Shown piece after piece: positions 22,601-32,645 of a stretch of DNA of 64,000 bases (positions within the stretch are counted from its first letter, which is position 1; every line of letters starts with the position of its first letter). Both the position numbers and the translations under genes were made by a program. Source of the stretch: a virus; IMG/VR virus record IMGVR_UViG_3300037493_001906, positions 32,001 to 96,000 of that record. One strand, written 5' to 3'. The notes beneath the pieces were generated by a model. That model searched no databases. It worked only from the letters and a program-made list of their open reading frames with translations, and had not been told where the DNA came from.

Positions 22601-25132
22601 GGTAAGTAAACCACCTTTTAGATTATTATAGTTTTTAAAATAGTTTAATAATGTAGTACCTATTGCTGTACCACTTCCTGTATTATTAAAGTATGCAATA
22701 TCTGCTTGAGTAGGAGATGTTACAATTAAATCATTTTGATTAATTGTTGTATCTCCTGTTGTATCATCATTGCCTGATGCATAAGTATTAGTATTTATGT
22801 TTGCAAACAAAGGAAATACTGTTCCTGGACCAAGAGTACCACTAGTATTACGTGTAGCAATATCTGTACTTAAATTATAATTTACTTTATGAGGTAAGTT
22901 TTCTTCAGAAAAACCCTGCATATATGGAGATACATAATTTACTTTTCTTTGACCATTCATTGCAATAGCAGCAATACCAAGACCAGCTAAAGCAGATATT
23001 ACAAAACAAAAATCTTTAATTAATTTTTCTCTTGGATGCTTATCTGATAATTCAAATTTACCTGTTATATTACCATGAAATTCACCATGAATTTTTATTT
23101 CTTTAGCAGAGAGGAATGGATTAACAAAAGTTGTATCAGGACTATGAAAACTAAATATATTATTATTAATGGATGCTTGAGGATTATATCCAACTTGGTC
23201 AATCATACCTCCACCATATGGATATTTTTGACCAGTTGTAGGGGTAGTAGATAAGAATGGATCAGCACCAAGATCATTATAGGGATAGTTAGCATATAAA
23301 CCTTTTTTACCTGAATTATCAGGTAGAGTATATTCTCTCATATTATTTATGAGACCTTTAGCTAAAATGGTTTTATTACCATTTCTTGTTCCTCTAAAGA
23401 TTTCATAACCCACAATACCTACAACAGGAGTACCATCATTTTTAATTGGTGCCTTAATCTTATCAAATACTACACCAAGTATTCTTATATTTCCTGTTAC
23501 AGGATCTGTGTATAGACAAGTAGATCCTGGACCAGTATTTAAATCAGGAAATTTATGATGTCTAATTTGTCTACCACAAAGATCAAATTGACCTTTTATA
23601 GAAACTCCATTTCCTATTCCTGGTGTTGCAGCTTGAATATTATATGGTAATACTCCTGGAATATTAAAACCAGGATTTAAAGTATTTGTTTCTGAATTCC
23701 ATACTTCAGGATTATCATCTGGATATTGTTCTGATGATTCCCAATATCCCATAATACCTTCTCCAATAACAACACCACCATCTGATAATATAGTATTAGG
23801 AGCATTAGTAAAAACAGATGTATTACCTACAAACCATTCTTCATTTGTAAGATCACCAGTTATACTATCTAGAGCATTAGGTATTCCATCTATTCCAGGT
23901 GCATTAAATTTTGGTCTACCAGGAATATGATATGCAGAAGATTTATCTCCTGTATCATATACCCATCTTATAAAAAAAGAATAAACTTCATCTCTTAAGT
24001 AATTAGTTTTATTTCCACCTTTAATATAATAATCTGCAGGATATTCTATAGATTGCCATTTTGTAATAATTTGGTTAGCTAAAGGTTGGTAATTAAAATC
24101 TTCTTTTGAAGTAGGTCCTGTTCTAATTAAATATGAACCAACAGAATATGTAGCATCTGTTTTATCTATAATAGGTGTCATGATTGGAATCTGTTCAATA
24201 GGAAAAGTTGGCCAAGTATTATCTATTGTATCAAAACTAAGTCTTTGTTGATGTGTACTATATACACCTGCTAATTTTGCTACTGTTTGTTGATTTACTA
24301 CAGATATAATTACTATTTGAAATTCTGTAAATCTAGTATCTAAACTAGTTAATATAACATCTAATGAACAGGAAGAGTTATTATGATTAAATAATGATTG
24401 CACATTTGATATATACCAATCACTTATTTTTTGGCCATCTACAGTATATGCAATAGCAACCATGTATGAACCATTGAGTAGTGTTCCTGAACCAAAACCA
24501 TTTTGTACTTCTACACAAGGCGTATCAATAAAGGTAGCTAATCTTAATTTATTACAATCAAGATTCTTTGAATTTATTGTATTATTACAAGTAGCAGAGT
24601 TATTAGGATCTGGAACTTGAATCCAAGGAATAGGACTATTAGGATTTAAATAACTATTATCAGATACTGGGTCAATAGTAAAAGTAAGATTTCTTGTTGG
24701 ATTTAATCCATCATCCCAGTATGCCCTATATGTACAACTAACTACAGGTCTTGTTACACCCTTAATTAAATTGGTTGCAGAAAAATTAAGACAAGGATCA
24801 TTTACAACAGTTTCATATGTACATAATGATTCAGTAAAAATACCTATCTCATGACAAGGACCATTAGTAGTATAAATTAACCATTTATCTGCAGTGATAT
24901 GTATTGTTCCAATGATTTTAGGAATTGAAGTACCACAACCAGTATAGGTTATATTAATACAATTTATATTTGAAGGTTCATTACCTAACTTTCCTAAGTC
25001 ACCAGTTTTAGAATTGTTTATAGCATTTCTAGCCTGGGTCCAGGAATCATCAGGTAAGTGAAAATCATTTACATCTTCACTTAACTCTTTGTCAAATCTA
25101 CGTGTATTAATCTGATTAGTATCTTTTGCCAT
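19682..25132 (-). CDS. Tail muzzle/stabilisation protein (crAss Tstab-like), 1816 aa
   Basis: Size, beta-rich composition, EDVNDFHLPDDSWTQARNAIN N-terminus, and position after the ring genes. Confidence 0.75.
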   Translation of the reverse strand: MAKDTNQINTRRFDKELSEDVNDFHLPDDSWTQARNAINNSKTGDLGKLGNEPSNINCINITYTGCGTSIPKIIGTIHITADKWLIYTTNGPCHEIGIFTESLCTYETVVNDPCLNFSATNLIKGVTRPVVSCTYRAYWDDGLNPTRNLTFTIDPVSDNSYLNPNSPIPWIQVPDPNNSATCNNTINSKNLDCNKLRLATFIDTPCVEVQNGFGSGTLLNGSYMVAIAYTVDGQKISDWYISNVQSLFNHNNSSCSLDVILTSLDTRFTEFQIVIISVVNQQTVAKLAGVYSTHQQRLSFDTIDNTWPTFPIEQIPIMTPIIDKTDATYSVGSYLIRTGPTSKEDFNYQPLANQIITKWQSIEYPADYYIKGGNKTNYLRDEVYSFFIRWVYDTGDKSSAYHIPGRPKFNAPGIDGIPNALDSITGDLTNEEWFVGNTSVFTNAPNTILSDGGVVIGEGIMGYWESSEQYPDDNPEVWNSETNTLNPGFNIPGVLPYNIQAATPGIGNGVSIKGQFDLCGRQIRHHKFPDLNTGPGSTCLYTDPVTGNIRILGVVFDKIKAPIKNDGTPVVGIVGYEIFRGTRNGNKTILAKGLINNMREYTLPDNSGKKGLYANYPYNDLGADPFLSTTPTTGQKYPYGGGMIDQVGYNPQASINNNIFSFHSPDTTFVNPFLSAKEIKIHGEFHGNITGKFELSDKHPREKLIKDFCFVISALAGLGIAAIAMNGQRKVNYVSPYMQGFSEENLPHKVNYNLSTDIATRNTSGTLGPGTVFPLFANINTNTYASGNDDTTGDTTINQNDLIVTSPTQADIAYFNNTGSGTAIGTTLLNYFKNYNNLKGGLLTSWSNNLLGKSDDTFIYNGLNKAYNVETATHNGLNTGSVNIEQADGAYQNMPMASVSALTANIPLFFNYFTQGTDTALNFFKAVISYKDYALRYHSHCLYTDYAIPTTGDRRRVINHAQYIGPQIATFNSTYRINNLYRSNYVAIQTGNTLKNPDTGDFSRIRVTDVVALAEPSIFNNLQVKNPSKQSFSSQNPADYSSDVNFRLATYPKGTRPQTASSHYASLKQRLINQYGQINSISLIPVSTCTTPLYIPNPRTGVLNLNSTTGTLFGGDTYVGRYTEKNTFFYFYNWMYGEPDGTQFDYTKNEMIPYPRYWANFNQFQTGDFTSSMGTFFNTFNPNAIVTPSSYYSLDDVSNTPGTWVVLPNFTSLSFSMEYAWFYLFNSGVKDFYVETEINLAQRDWGELDTERFYDPGYYDDTNILFNTGIIKATNYYKYDQSLSYSKLFLNYVSWAATQRYNYNPVLAEDCYVYSKNRVIYSLPNQYESLRDNWSIFLINNYKDFESTLTCIKPINKSGAMIFFESQSPVMFQGTDTLETGLGTKLVIGDGGLFSQPLQSITNADRPYEFASCQDRLSVINTPMGIYWISQNQGKIFSYTNSLNELSMNDIKWWLVLYLPFKLVQQFPNFALTNNPVIGVGTQSIYDNQNGLLYFTKKDYSLRTDLPASITVQYDDILKDNTFNIYMNNAYMFAIKLGDDTQLVPNPIQGQPPIPVWQLYFEDASWTISYDPKIGSWISYHDWHPDLVIPGKNTFLTTHNNGIWIHNLAYQSYCNYYGINYPFEVEYMVNTVQTVNTLRSIEYQLECYKYDTNGFDRFHVLDYNFDKAVIYNTEQVSGYLRLNLSTAIKKDPQLITTYPIIGSNVIDILYSKEENKYRFNQFWDITDDRGEYFNPNIPGFAERMIWNTGANGYARTLNTVNLNYAKDFFERKKFRHYTNTVWLRKDPVNDNTKYPNGNPYKMLVILTNNKELYSPR

Positions 25133-25203
25133 TATCTAACTATTTTATCACCGTAGAGATCATTAGGATTTTTGTCCCACTGATACCAAGGATAACTCTT
25201 AAA
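25132..25203 (-). pseudogene. Displaced old 3' end of the ring-protein gene (FKSYPWYQWDKNPNDLYGDKIVR*)
   Basis: Collinear with the C-terminus of 25677..26714 (FKSYSWFQYDRNPNNYMGERVIR*). No start codon; its TAA overlaps the muzzle ATG. Confidence 0.8.
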
Positions 25204-25212
25204 CTTACTTTA

Positions 25213-25680
25213 TTATTTATGTTTTACAATATATTCAATTGCTTTAAGCATAATATTTATATTATCTTTAAATTTTCCAATACCTGTATTACAATTATCA
25301 CATAAAAAACCTCTAATTTTTTTAGTATTGTGACAATGATCTAATGAAAGATCTTTTTTTTGTGATGAGTTATGTTCACCACAAATGGCACAATAGCCGT
25401 TGTAAAAATCATAAAGTTTTTTATATTCTTGTTTAGTAATTTTTATACCCTGTTTTTTATAAGAAGACATTTTAACCCCTAATTTAAATTTTTCAGGATT
25501 TTGTTTTCTATAAATACTTGACTTTATTTTATTTTTTTCTAAATTTTTTGGAAGTTTAGCTCTTTTTTTTGCATCTTCATTTTTACAAAATTTGCAATGA
25601 GACGCATATCCAGACTTGTTTCTAGGTTCAACTCCAAATAAAGAAACCTCTTTATTTATTTTACATTTTGTACAAATCAT
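25213..25680 (-). mobile_element. Free-standing homing endonuclease, endonuclease VII family, 155 aa
   Basis: CAICG...LSLDHCHNTKKIRGFLCDNCNTGIGKFKD motif plus N-terminal CxxC motifs; inserted in the structural operon. Confidence 0.85.
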
Positions 25681-26714
25681 CTAATTACCCTTTCTCCCAT
25701 ATAATTGTTTGGATTACGATCATATTGAAACCAGCTATAACTTTTAAACATATCATAATATTTTGCATACTGAGCTCTACGATTAGTAGTCCATACTCTT
25801 TTCATTTCTGAGAAGTTAGGAGTATTAACAATAGTAAGAGCATAATTTCTTGCTGCTCTATATCCCTCTTGAATAAGTTGAATCTTAGCAGGACTAATAT
25901 TCTCATCATTCATGATAAGATTTTCTAGTATTCTTTTTTTAATAGCATACTCATAGTACTCATTTATCATATCATGATCTGGAACCATAAGATTACCTTC
26001 ATCATCTTCTAGATCACCTTGATAATTAACATATACTTTACCTGTTGTGAAACTGGTATAGAGATAGCCATTTTTTATCCAAGCAGAATTAACTGAATTA
26101 AGATACAAATTAGGACATCCACAATCTATTGATTCAGGATTCTCTAAAATTCTAATTGGCATTAATCTCTTATATGTATTAGTAGTTGTATTGATTCTCT
26201 GTACTAACTCATAGCAATCATTTTTACAATTCATAAATACCCTAGGCTTCCTACAGTAGTCACCAAATGGTTCTAAAGGATTGTAGTCTTGTGTAGAGCA
26301 TGCAGTAGAAGCAGCAATACAATTGCATGGTTCAAAATTGCATCTATTACAATTGACTGTAGGAGCTGCACAGACATCTATTGTTCCTGGAGTTTCTTGG
26401 TAAGGAGCTATTAGCTTTTCTTCAATCCAAGTACCTTGTGGCATAGCTTGTTGTACAGTAACTTCATCACAAATAAGTGCAAAGTTAAGAGTAAAGAAAT
26501 CATCAGGTAGTTTTACTCTTCCTTTTTCAACATCAAGTAATGCTTCTTTAGTCATCATAATCCTAAGACCAAGATCATAGTTAACTCTCTTAGCAACTTT
26601 AATAAGTTGTTGAGGTTCTATTTGATTTTGTAAAGCAGCATTTTGAAAATCAACCAGAGCTTCACTTAGAAGTTGATCAAATGTTCTATATTTAAGTGTA
26701 TAATTATACGACAT
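25677..26714 (-). CDS. Tail ring/tubular protein (crAss Ttub-like) with a Cys-rich insertion, 345 aa
   Basis: GRVKLPDDFFTLNFA and VYVNYQG...GNLMVPDH motifs; synteny upstream of the muzzle. Confidence 0.65.
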   Translation of the reverse strand: MSYNYTLKYRTFDQLLSEALVDFQNAALQNQIEPQQLIKVAKRVNYDLGLRIMMTKEALLDVEKGRVKLPDDFFTLNFALICDEVTVQQAMPQGTWIEEKLIAPYQETPGTIDVCAAPTVNCNRCNFEPCNCIAASTACSTQDYNPLEPFGDYCRKPRVFMNCKNDCYELVQRINTTTNTYKRLMPIRILENPESIDCGCPNLYLNSVNSAWIKNGYLYTSFTTGKVYVNYQGDLEDDEGNLMVPDHDMINEYYEYAIKKRILENLIMNDENISPAKIQLIQEGYRAARNYALTIVNTPNFSEMKRVWTTNRRAQYAKYYDMFKSYSWFQYDRNPNNYMGERVIR

Positions 26715-26718
26715 TGTT

Positions 26719-27393
26719 TTATGTTCTTAGTTGACTTTGTTTATCATCTTGCCCTTCTGCATGCATTTGAACCATCAGACTTAATTCTTTTATTGCATTT
26801 TGCTCTACTTCAGCAAATAGGTATTCAGGATACTGTAGTTTATTATCTTGGATAGGAGCACATTCATCACCATCACAAAGTAAATATTCAATACTTTCTT
26901 CCCATAATCCTTCTACTCTTACTGCTTCCCAAGTTACATTAGGTAAATAAAGATAACCATTTAAATACCAATAATACTTAACATTGTTATATTTAAAGTT
27001 AGTGCTCTTTGTCATGGCTACATATGTAGCTGGCTGAGTTCTATAACAAAGTTGAGAGCCATCAATAGAACTTACTGTTCTAAAGATAGCTCCATAGTCA
27101 CCTTCTAATACTGTAGGTAGTTTATCTTTTGTACGCATAATTGTACAATTAGATTTTATATCATTACAACAAGCTTCTACTCTATCTACCTCAATTAGAT
27201 CTACACAAGGTAGTGGAACAAATAAACTTTGAAAGCTTAAGATCTTATTTAATACTTGTTGTTTTCTAATAGATAGTTTAGCATATTTTGTTACTATGCT
27301 ATATATAAGGCGATCTGTTAAAAAGGCATCTTCATTGACACCTTTCATAACATTTCTTATTCTTGATATTGATTCTCCTATAGTTAGTCCCAT
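26719..27393 (-). CDS. Tail ring protein, 224 aa
   Basis: KYYWYLNGYLYLP...VRVEGLWE motif and helical termini typical of crAss ring proteins. Confidence 0.6.
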   Translation of the reverse strand: MGLTIGESISRIRNVMKGVNEDAFLTDRLIYSIVTKYAKLSIRKQQVLNKILSFQSLFVPLPCVDLIEVDRVEACCNDIKSNCTIMRTKDKLPTVLEGDYGAIFRTVSSIDGSQLCYRTQPATYVAMTKSTNFKYNNVKYYWYLNGYLYLPNVTWEAVRVEGLWEESIEYLLCDGDECAPIQDNKLQYPEYLFAEVEQNAIKELSLMVQMHAEGQDDKQSQLRT

Positions 27394-27394
27394 G

Positions 27395-27982
27395 TTAATC
27401 TAGTTCAAATTCATTATAATCTTTTGTATGAAATTCAGTATTTGCTAACATCTGATGCTTATACTTTTTATTTTTAAATAAAACATTAATAGCTGTGAAG
27501 TTTTCTACCTGAACATATTTTTTCCAATTCTCAGGATAATGCTTTGCTACTGCTCTTGTAAATTCTCTTTCTCCTTTAAATTGCCAAAGCTCCCTATCTT
27601 GTAATCTATACTTACTAATAAAGTTAGTATAAAATATTTTAGCTATAAAATTGTCAGATTCAAAATTCCTATGCTTAACATTTTGATTTAACTCTTTAGA
27701 TTTTATATAATCAACATTATATTTTTTAGGAGGCATACATGTTCCTATAAATATATAACCTAACTCTTCTGGTAGTTCTGTGCCATCTCTATTTCCAATA
27801 GCATTTTCCCATATCCTTTTATTAAAAGTAACTATGATAGATTTAAGTGTACTATTTGATATATCTTTATATTGAGGATACTTCTCTTTAAACTTTAGAT
27901 ATAAGCTTTCATTAAGAATACTTGTTCTTTTTGCTCTAAATCTTGGAGCATTTAAGTCTGGCTTTTTGAAATAGTTTGTCAT
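27395..27982 (-). CDS. IHF/HU-like fold protein of the crAss structural module, 195 aa
   Basis: LKSIIVTFNKRIWENAI...GTELPEELGYIFIG pattern; synteny. Confidence 0.5.
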   Translation of the reverse strand: MTNYFKKPDLNAPRFRAKRTSILNESLYLKFKEKYPQYKDISNSTLKSIIVTFNKRIWENAIGNRDGTELPEELGYIFIGTCMPPKKYNVDYIKSKELNQNVKHRNFESDNFIAKIFYTNFISKYRLQDRELWQFKGEREFTRAVAKHYPENWKKYVQVENFTAINVLFKNKKYKHQMLANTEFHTKDYNEFELD

Positions 27983-28047
27983 AATAATACACCTTACTAT
28001 AATATACGTAATTTTTTTAAAGTTTAAAAATAAACTTTTAATCTGAC

Positions 28048-28080
28048 AAAAGCAAAAAGCCCAGATTTCTCTGAGCTTTT
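28048..28080 (-). terminator. Rho-independent terminator
   Basis: Minus strand AAAAGCTCAGA-gaaa-TCTGGGCTTTTTGCTTTT. Confidence 0.7.
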
Positions 28081-28125
28081 CACCTGTCAGTCACTGTTAT
28101 ACCAACAAACCGTGACATTTTTTTG

Positions 28126-28191
28126 TTAGGCTAGTGTAGTTGCTTTAACTATTACTGAACCACAGATTGTTTGAGGAATTGCAAAGGCCAT
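28126..28191 (-). CDS. 21-aa mini-ORF MAFAIPQTICGSVIVKATTLA
   Basis: ATG preceded by an A-rich leader; TAA followed by a terminator. Looks like the last strand of an FN3 domain. Confidence 0.45.
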   Translation of the reverse strand: MAFAIPQTICGSVIVKATTLA

Positions 28192-28210
28192 TTTATTTTA
28201 TATTTAAAGG

Positions 28211-28687
28211 TTAAACTGTTTCACAACTAGATTCAATAAAAAATTCATATTCTGTATTTGCAAGGAGTCCTGTTACAGTTACTGTACCAATTGCACCAGC
28301 AAGTGGTGAGCCAAAATAAAGCCAAGTTGTTGTTCCAAATTTTCTATAACGTACTCTATAACTTGTAGCAGTACTAGGAATCCAAGATAATACAACTGAA
28401 GTTGCTGTATTTGCAATTGCACTAAATCCAGTTATAGGACTATAACATACATCTGGTGTATAACATGCATCAGGACCTACACCACCTTGTGTAGCTAAGA
28501 CTTGAATTATATCACATAACCTATCTCCTGTTTTAACAAGACCTACATCTGGACCAGTATAGATGATACAACATGCATCAAATGTTTCTGAGCATGGGTT
28601 TGGTGTAGGGCAAAGGAATTCATTACAGGGGGCTGGTGTTGTTAGCCCCACATCATGACATCCACAATCTTTATTTCCGCAAGCCAT
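28211..28687 (-). CDS. Cys-rich virion protein with a C-terminal FN3-like domain (appears truncated), 158 aa
   Basis: SVVLSW...SYRVRYRK...TVTGLLANTEYEFFIES FN3 pattern; N-terminal ACCIIYTGPD motif. Confidence 0.7.
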   Translation of the reverse strand: MACGNKDCGCHDVGLTTPAPCNEFLCPTPNPCSETFDACCIIYTGPDVGLVKTGDRLCDIIQVLATQGGVGPDACYTPDVCYSPITGFSAIANTATSVVLSWIPSTATSYRVRYRKFGTTTWLYFGSPLAGAIGTVTVTGLLANTEYEFFIESSCETV

Positions 28688-28701
28688 TTTATTTTATTTT
28701 A

Positions 28702-30171
28702 TTAAGGTAAAGGACTAGTTGTTATTGAATTAAATCCACATACTGTAGGAGGACACTCAAGACATGCTGTAGGTACAATGGTTAATCTTACATTATATAC
28801 AGTAGATGATGTTAATGGAGTAAATGTTCCTGTTACAGGTACTGCAGATCCTGCAGCTTGAGATTGTGAACTTAAAAGTGTTCCATAAGTTGAATCATAA
28901 AGTTCTGCAGTATATGTATAATTACCAGAAAGACTAGTAAAATCATAACTTACACTTTCAGTATCAGCAGTTAAAGTAACCTCTGGACAATTTGCTGTAT
29001 TAACTATAGTATATGATAAACATGAATTACATGTTGCATTTGTAGCTGGATTAGTTAAACAAGGTAATATATCTACTGTAATATCTAAAGCTGTATTAAT
29101 TGGTGTACCTGAAAGATCAATAGTATATCCAGTAATGTTATTAAGATATGAAATAATATCAAAATTAACTAGAATTATACTACCTGCTGAATCTGTTACT
29201 TTAATTTGAGTAGTTCCACTGCATTGAATAAATCCAGTTGGAATAGTACCACTAATAAATATTGTTAATCCTGATTCAACTAATGTAGAAGTAAGACTTA
29301 GATCAATACCATCACATCCTGAAGGACAACAATTAACTTGAATATTTCTTACTGCTGTTCTAATATCACATACAGTAACCCACATATTTCCAAATGCTTG
29401 AGCTAAATTTGATACTGTATTAGTCCATCCAGGTAAAGATGACATTGTTGTTGTATTACTTGTAAGAGATATATCAGTATTTAAACCTGCACATTGCTTT
29501 ACAATATTAGTATAAATATCTACTGTACCTCCTGTTGCTGATCTAAGTTCACAAAATTGTGCTTCTAATGCTGCAAGTACTATATCCATTTCTTCTGGAA
29601 CACTTGGCAAAACACATACAGGAGTAACTGTTGGTGGTATGTATATAGGAGGAGTAGCATTTTCAAGAACAATAATTCTTGCTGTGTTGTCAGCTACTGC
29701 AGCTTGTAATGTAGTTATATCAATAACAATAGAGCATACTCTATTTGCTATAGAAGTAACATAGTCTGTTATTTGAGCTTGAGTAACTGTATCTCCAAAA
29801 CCATTAACATAATAAAAACAAGGTGCTAAGTCTATAACACAGTCTGGACATCCTGCAGATGTTGTTGTACCTAGTCTTCCTATTATTATTCCATTTTTAG
29901 TATTAAGATCACATATCTGAGTTATCAAAAACTGAATAAGTTCAGAATAGCTTTGAGGTGGACCTGAAGGAAAGCTAAAACAAGATAGATCATAGGTACT
30001 AACCTTTAATTCATCAAGGACTGCACAAAGTTCTGTAGCTAGTTTGTATATTACATCACTAATTGTATCTCCTTTACAAAGATTAATACATGGAATATCT
30101 GGCCCTTGCCAGAGTACACAATTGGATGAGATACTATTACATCCTTTTTCATCATAATTTAGTGGTTTCAT
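28702..30171 (-). CDS. Cys-rich tail/fibre-associated protein with coiled coil and Ig/FN3-like C-terminus, 489 aa
   Basis: SSNCVLWQGPDIPCINLCKGDTISDVIYKLA motif, related to the preceding gene's N-terminus; heptad segment ITTLQAAVADNTARIIVLE. Confidence 0.6.
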   Translation of the reverse strand: MKPLNYDEKGCNSISSNCVLWQGPDIPCINLCKGDTISDVIYKLATELCAVLDELKVSTYDLSCFSFPSGPPQSYSELIQFLITQICDLNTKNGIIIGRLGTTTSAGCPDCVIDLAPCFYYVNGFGDTVTQAQITDYVTSIANRVCSIVIDITTLQAAVADNTARIIVLENATPPIYIPPTVTPVCVLPSVPEEMDIVLAALEAQFCELRSATGGTVDIYTNIVKQCAGLNTDISLTSNTTTMSSLPGWTNTVSNLAQAFGNMWVTVCDIRTAVRNIQVNCCPSGCDGIDLSLTSTLVESGLTIFISGTIPTGFIQCSGTTQIKVTDSAGSIILVNFDIISYLNNITGYTIDLSGTPINTALDITVDILPCLTNPATNATCNSCLSYTIVNTANCPEVTLTADTESVSYDFTSLSGNYTYTAELYDSTYGTLLSSQSQAAGSAVPVTGTFTPLTSSTVYNVRLTIVPTACLECPPTVCGFNSITTSPLP

Positions 30172-30209
30172 ATTACTATAATATATTAAATATTCCTCTA
30201 ATTAACAAA

Positions 30210-31247
30210 TTAATTTATTGAACAACTTTTATTTTGACATCCACAGGCATTATCTCCACATGTAGAGCATGATCCTGCAGTTTCACAACACTCAATATAG
30301 GTATTTTTTATGTTAGTTAAATCAACTAATTCTTTCTTAATATCCCATTTTTGAGAGTCTTCATCACAACAAGTTTCAAGACCATATCTTTTACTTATCA
30401 TTTGAGCATATACAGCATCTCCATATCTACAGTTTACATTTTCTGTATATAAAGTATCACAATCTCCACAATCTCTTGACTTACATTGAATACAATTAGA
30501 TACTGTGGACAGTGTATCAATAGTTATTTCAATATCATAATAAAGAGCACCTTCTGAGTAGGTTGTTTCTACTAACTTTAAACATCCTTTAGCTACTTCA
30601 AATCCTGCATTATTATAAGCATTAGTAATTACTATTGATTGTAACCAATCAATTCCACCATTTGCAGTGACTGTGGTAGAAAGAGCACCATCATAAACAA
30701 GTTGTAACACATTGCCTACAGAATTAATGTATTCTTTTCCAGAAGCACAATCTACTAGTACATAGAATTTATGAAAACAATCTGATGCACAATCTGAACA
30801 ACTTGAATATTGATTTAGTGGAGTTATTGTTTCTTGTGATGTTAATGGAGCTTCAGTTGGATTTAGTCTATAACAAGTAGATTCATATGGTCCTGTTGCT
30901 ACACATACAAAAGCTACATCATTTAAAAGTGTTCCACTAAAATTACCAAATGGTATAACAAAGGTATTTGAAGTATTGGAGCATTCTGTAACAATTAAGT
31001 TATTAGTTGTAATACCACAATTAATAATACAATCTTCACAGTTATTATAAATACCATCAACTGAATAATTAACTATACTAGTTATAGGATCTTCTGTAAA
31101 TGTTACTGTATAACAATTAGATCTAGTTAATTCACTATAAATACATATTATTTGTCCTAGTTCTATTTGAACTGATAACTGACTTTGATCAATTACTATT
31201 ATTGGTTGGTCAATATCACAAGGAGTAAGTAAATAATTTAAAGCCAT
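30210..31247 (-). CDS. Cys-rich repeat structural protein, 345 aa
   Basis: Repeated CY...CxDC modules; C-terminal KRYGLETCC motif. Confidence 0.55.
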   Translation of the reverse strand: MALNYLLTPCDIDQPIIVIDQSQLSVQIELGQIICIYSELTRSNCYTVTFTEDPITSIVNYSVDGIYNNCEDCIINCGITTNNLIVTECSNTSNTFVIPFGNFSGTLLNDVAFVCVATGPYESTCYRLNPTEAPLTSQETITPLNQYSSCSDCASDCFHKFYVLVDCASGKEYINSVGNVLQLVYDGALSTTVTANGGIDWLQSIVITNAYNNAGFEVAKGCLKLVETTYSEGALYYDIEITIDTLSTVSNCIQCKSRDCGDCDTLYTENVNCRYGDAVYAQMISKRYGLETCCDEDSQKWDIKKELVDLTNIKNTYIECCETAGSCSTCGDNACGCQNKSCSIN

Positions 31248-31250
31248 TTC

Positions 31251-32645
31251 TTAACAGTTATTACAAGAATTACAATCTGAACAACCTGACTCACAATTAT
31301 TAGGACAAACAGGTTTAATATAACCAGGTCTTACTGGTCTTTCATTAGTTAACTTTGGTGGTTTAGGTGTAGGAATACATTGCTCACATCCTGTTTGCGT
31401 TGAAGTATCTGTAAAAGATACAGCTACATCAAGTGTTGCAGGTTCACCCTCACAAAATGGATCATATAATACCTTATAGCATTTAGTACCAAATTTTAAT
31501 ATTACTGTAGTATTAGCATATTGAGTTAAATTTGGATCTATTACATAGTCAAAGTCTGTTGCATCTTCACAATTAACTAATAGAAAACATCCTCTACATT
31601 TACTACAATCACTTAAAGTGTTTACTACAATAACATTTGTTTTTGTACCAGTACAAGTTTCAGGAATAGATACTCTCCAACATACTGTACTTCCTTGTAT
31701 TGTTATAACCTTATTTATATAAGTAGATAAATTAACAAGTGTTAATAATGTATTTGAAGAATTTGAACAATCAGTTAGTTTATATGCACCAGTACATTCA
31801 CAGCATTCAACATATGATCTAAGTACTGCTACTTCTGTTGTTAATCCTGTACATGATTCTGCAAGTTGAACATGCCAACAATTAGGTGTATCTGGAGGAA
31901 AAAGAGGACCTACTATAACTATTACTTCATTTAAGTAAAGTGATAAATCAGTAATAACATCAAGAGTATACATTGGAAATTGACAATTTACTAATGTATA
32001 ACATGGTTGACAATTTCTTGTACAAATTTCACAATTATCATTAAAAGTAGCATCAAAAAAAGCAGTCTCCCAATCAAGATATACAATATCTGGATCATAT
32101 GTTACCTCATTAAGAACAAGGCATCCTGATGCTATTAGTTGTTCAGTATTATCATATACATTGGTAATTGCAACAGGAGAAACAAAAGTTGCAGGAGTTG
32201 GTCTAGTAGGATTACTAACTACACCATTATATTCAAAATAAAGTATATTGCCATCTTCATTTTTATATGGCTCATCTGTACAGCAATCTAAAAGATTAAA
32301 ATAGGCATGTATACAACTTCTACAATCTGGACAAGGTGGATACACAGGAAGTGGTGGTACTGGTTCTGGTAATGTATTAAGAGGAGGACCAGCTGCCATA
32401 CATAGACTACATAATCTATATTCAGCAAGTGCTGTATAAGAAACACTAGTAGTAATAGGTAATTCTGTAAGTTCAATTGTCCAACACTTTACATATGGAT
32501 CAATTCCATATATACAATATACATGTGGCCAAGGACCTGCAGGTAAATCAATAATTTGAATATAGGTAACAACAATAGGTGTTCCTCCTAAATCACACGC
32601 ACAGGGTGTTAATAATATTCTTGTACTTGGATCTGTTTCAGCCAT
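31251..32645 (-). CDS. Cys-rich repeat structural protein, 464 aa
   Basis: About 39 Cys by manual count; repeats of Y(T/K)LxxC...L(S/T)xYxNxV...C(W/Y)xV. Confidence 0.6.
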   Translation of the reverse strand: MAETDPSTRILLTPCACDLGGTPIVVTYIQIIDLPAGPWPHVYCIYGIDPYVKCWTIELTELPITTSVSYTALAEYRLCSLCMAAGPPLNTLPEPVPPLPVYPPCPDCRSCIHAYFNLLDCCTDEPYKNEDGNILYFEYNGVVSNPTRPTPATFVSPVAITNVYDNTEQLIASGCLVLNEVTYDPDIVYLDWETAFFDATFNDNCEICTRNCQPCYTLVNCQFPMYTLDVITDLSLYLNEVIVIVGPLFPPDTPNCWHVQLAESCTGLTTEVAVLRSYVECCECTGAYKLTDCSNSSNTLLTLVNLSTYINKVITIQGSTVCWRVSIPETCTGTKTNVIVVNTLSDCSKCRGCFLLVNCEDATDFDYVIDPNLTQYANTTVILKFGTKCYKVLYDPFCEGEPATLDVAVSFTDTSTQTGCEQCIPTPKPPKLTNERPVRPGYIKPVCPNNCESGCSDCNSCNNC

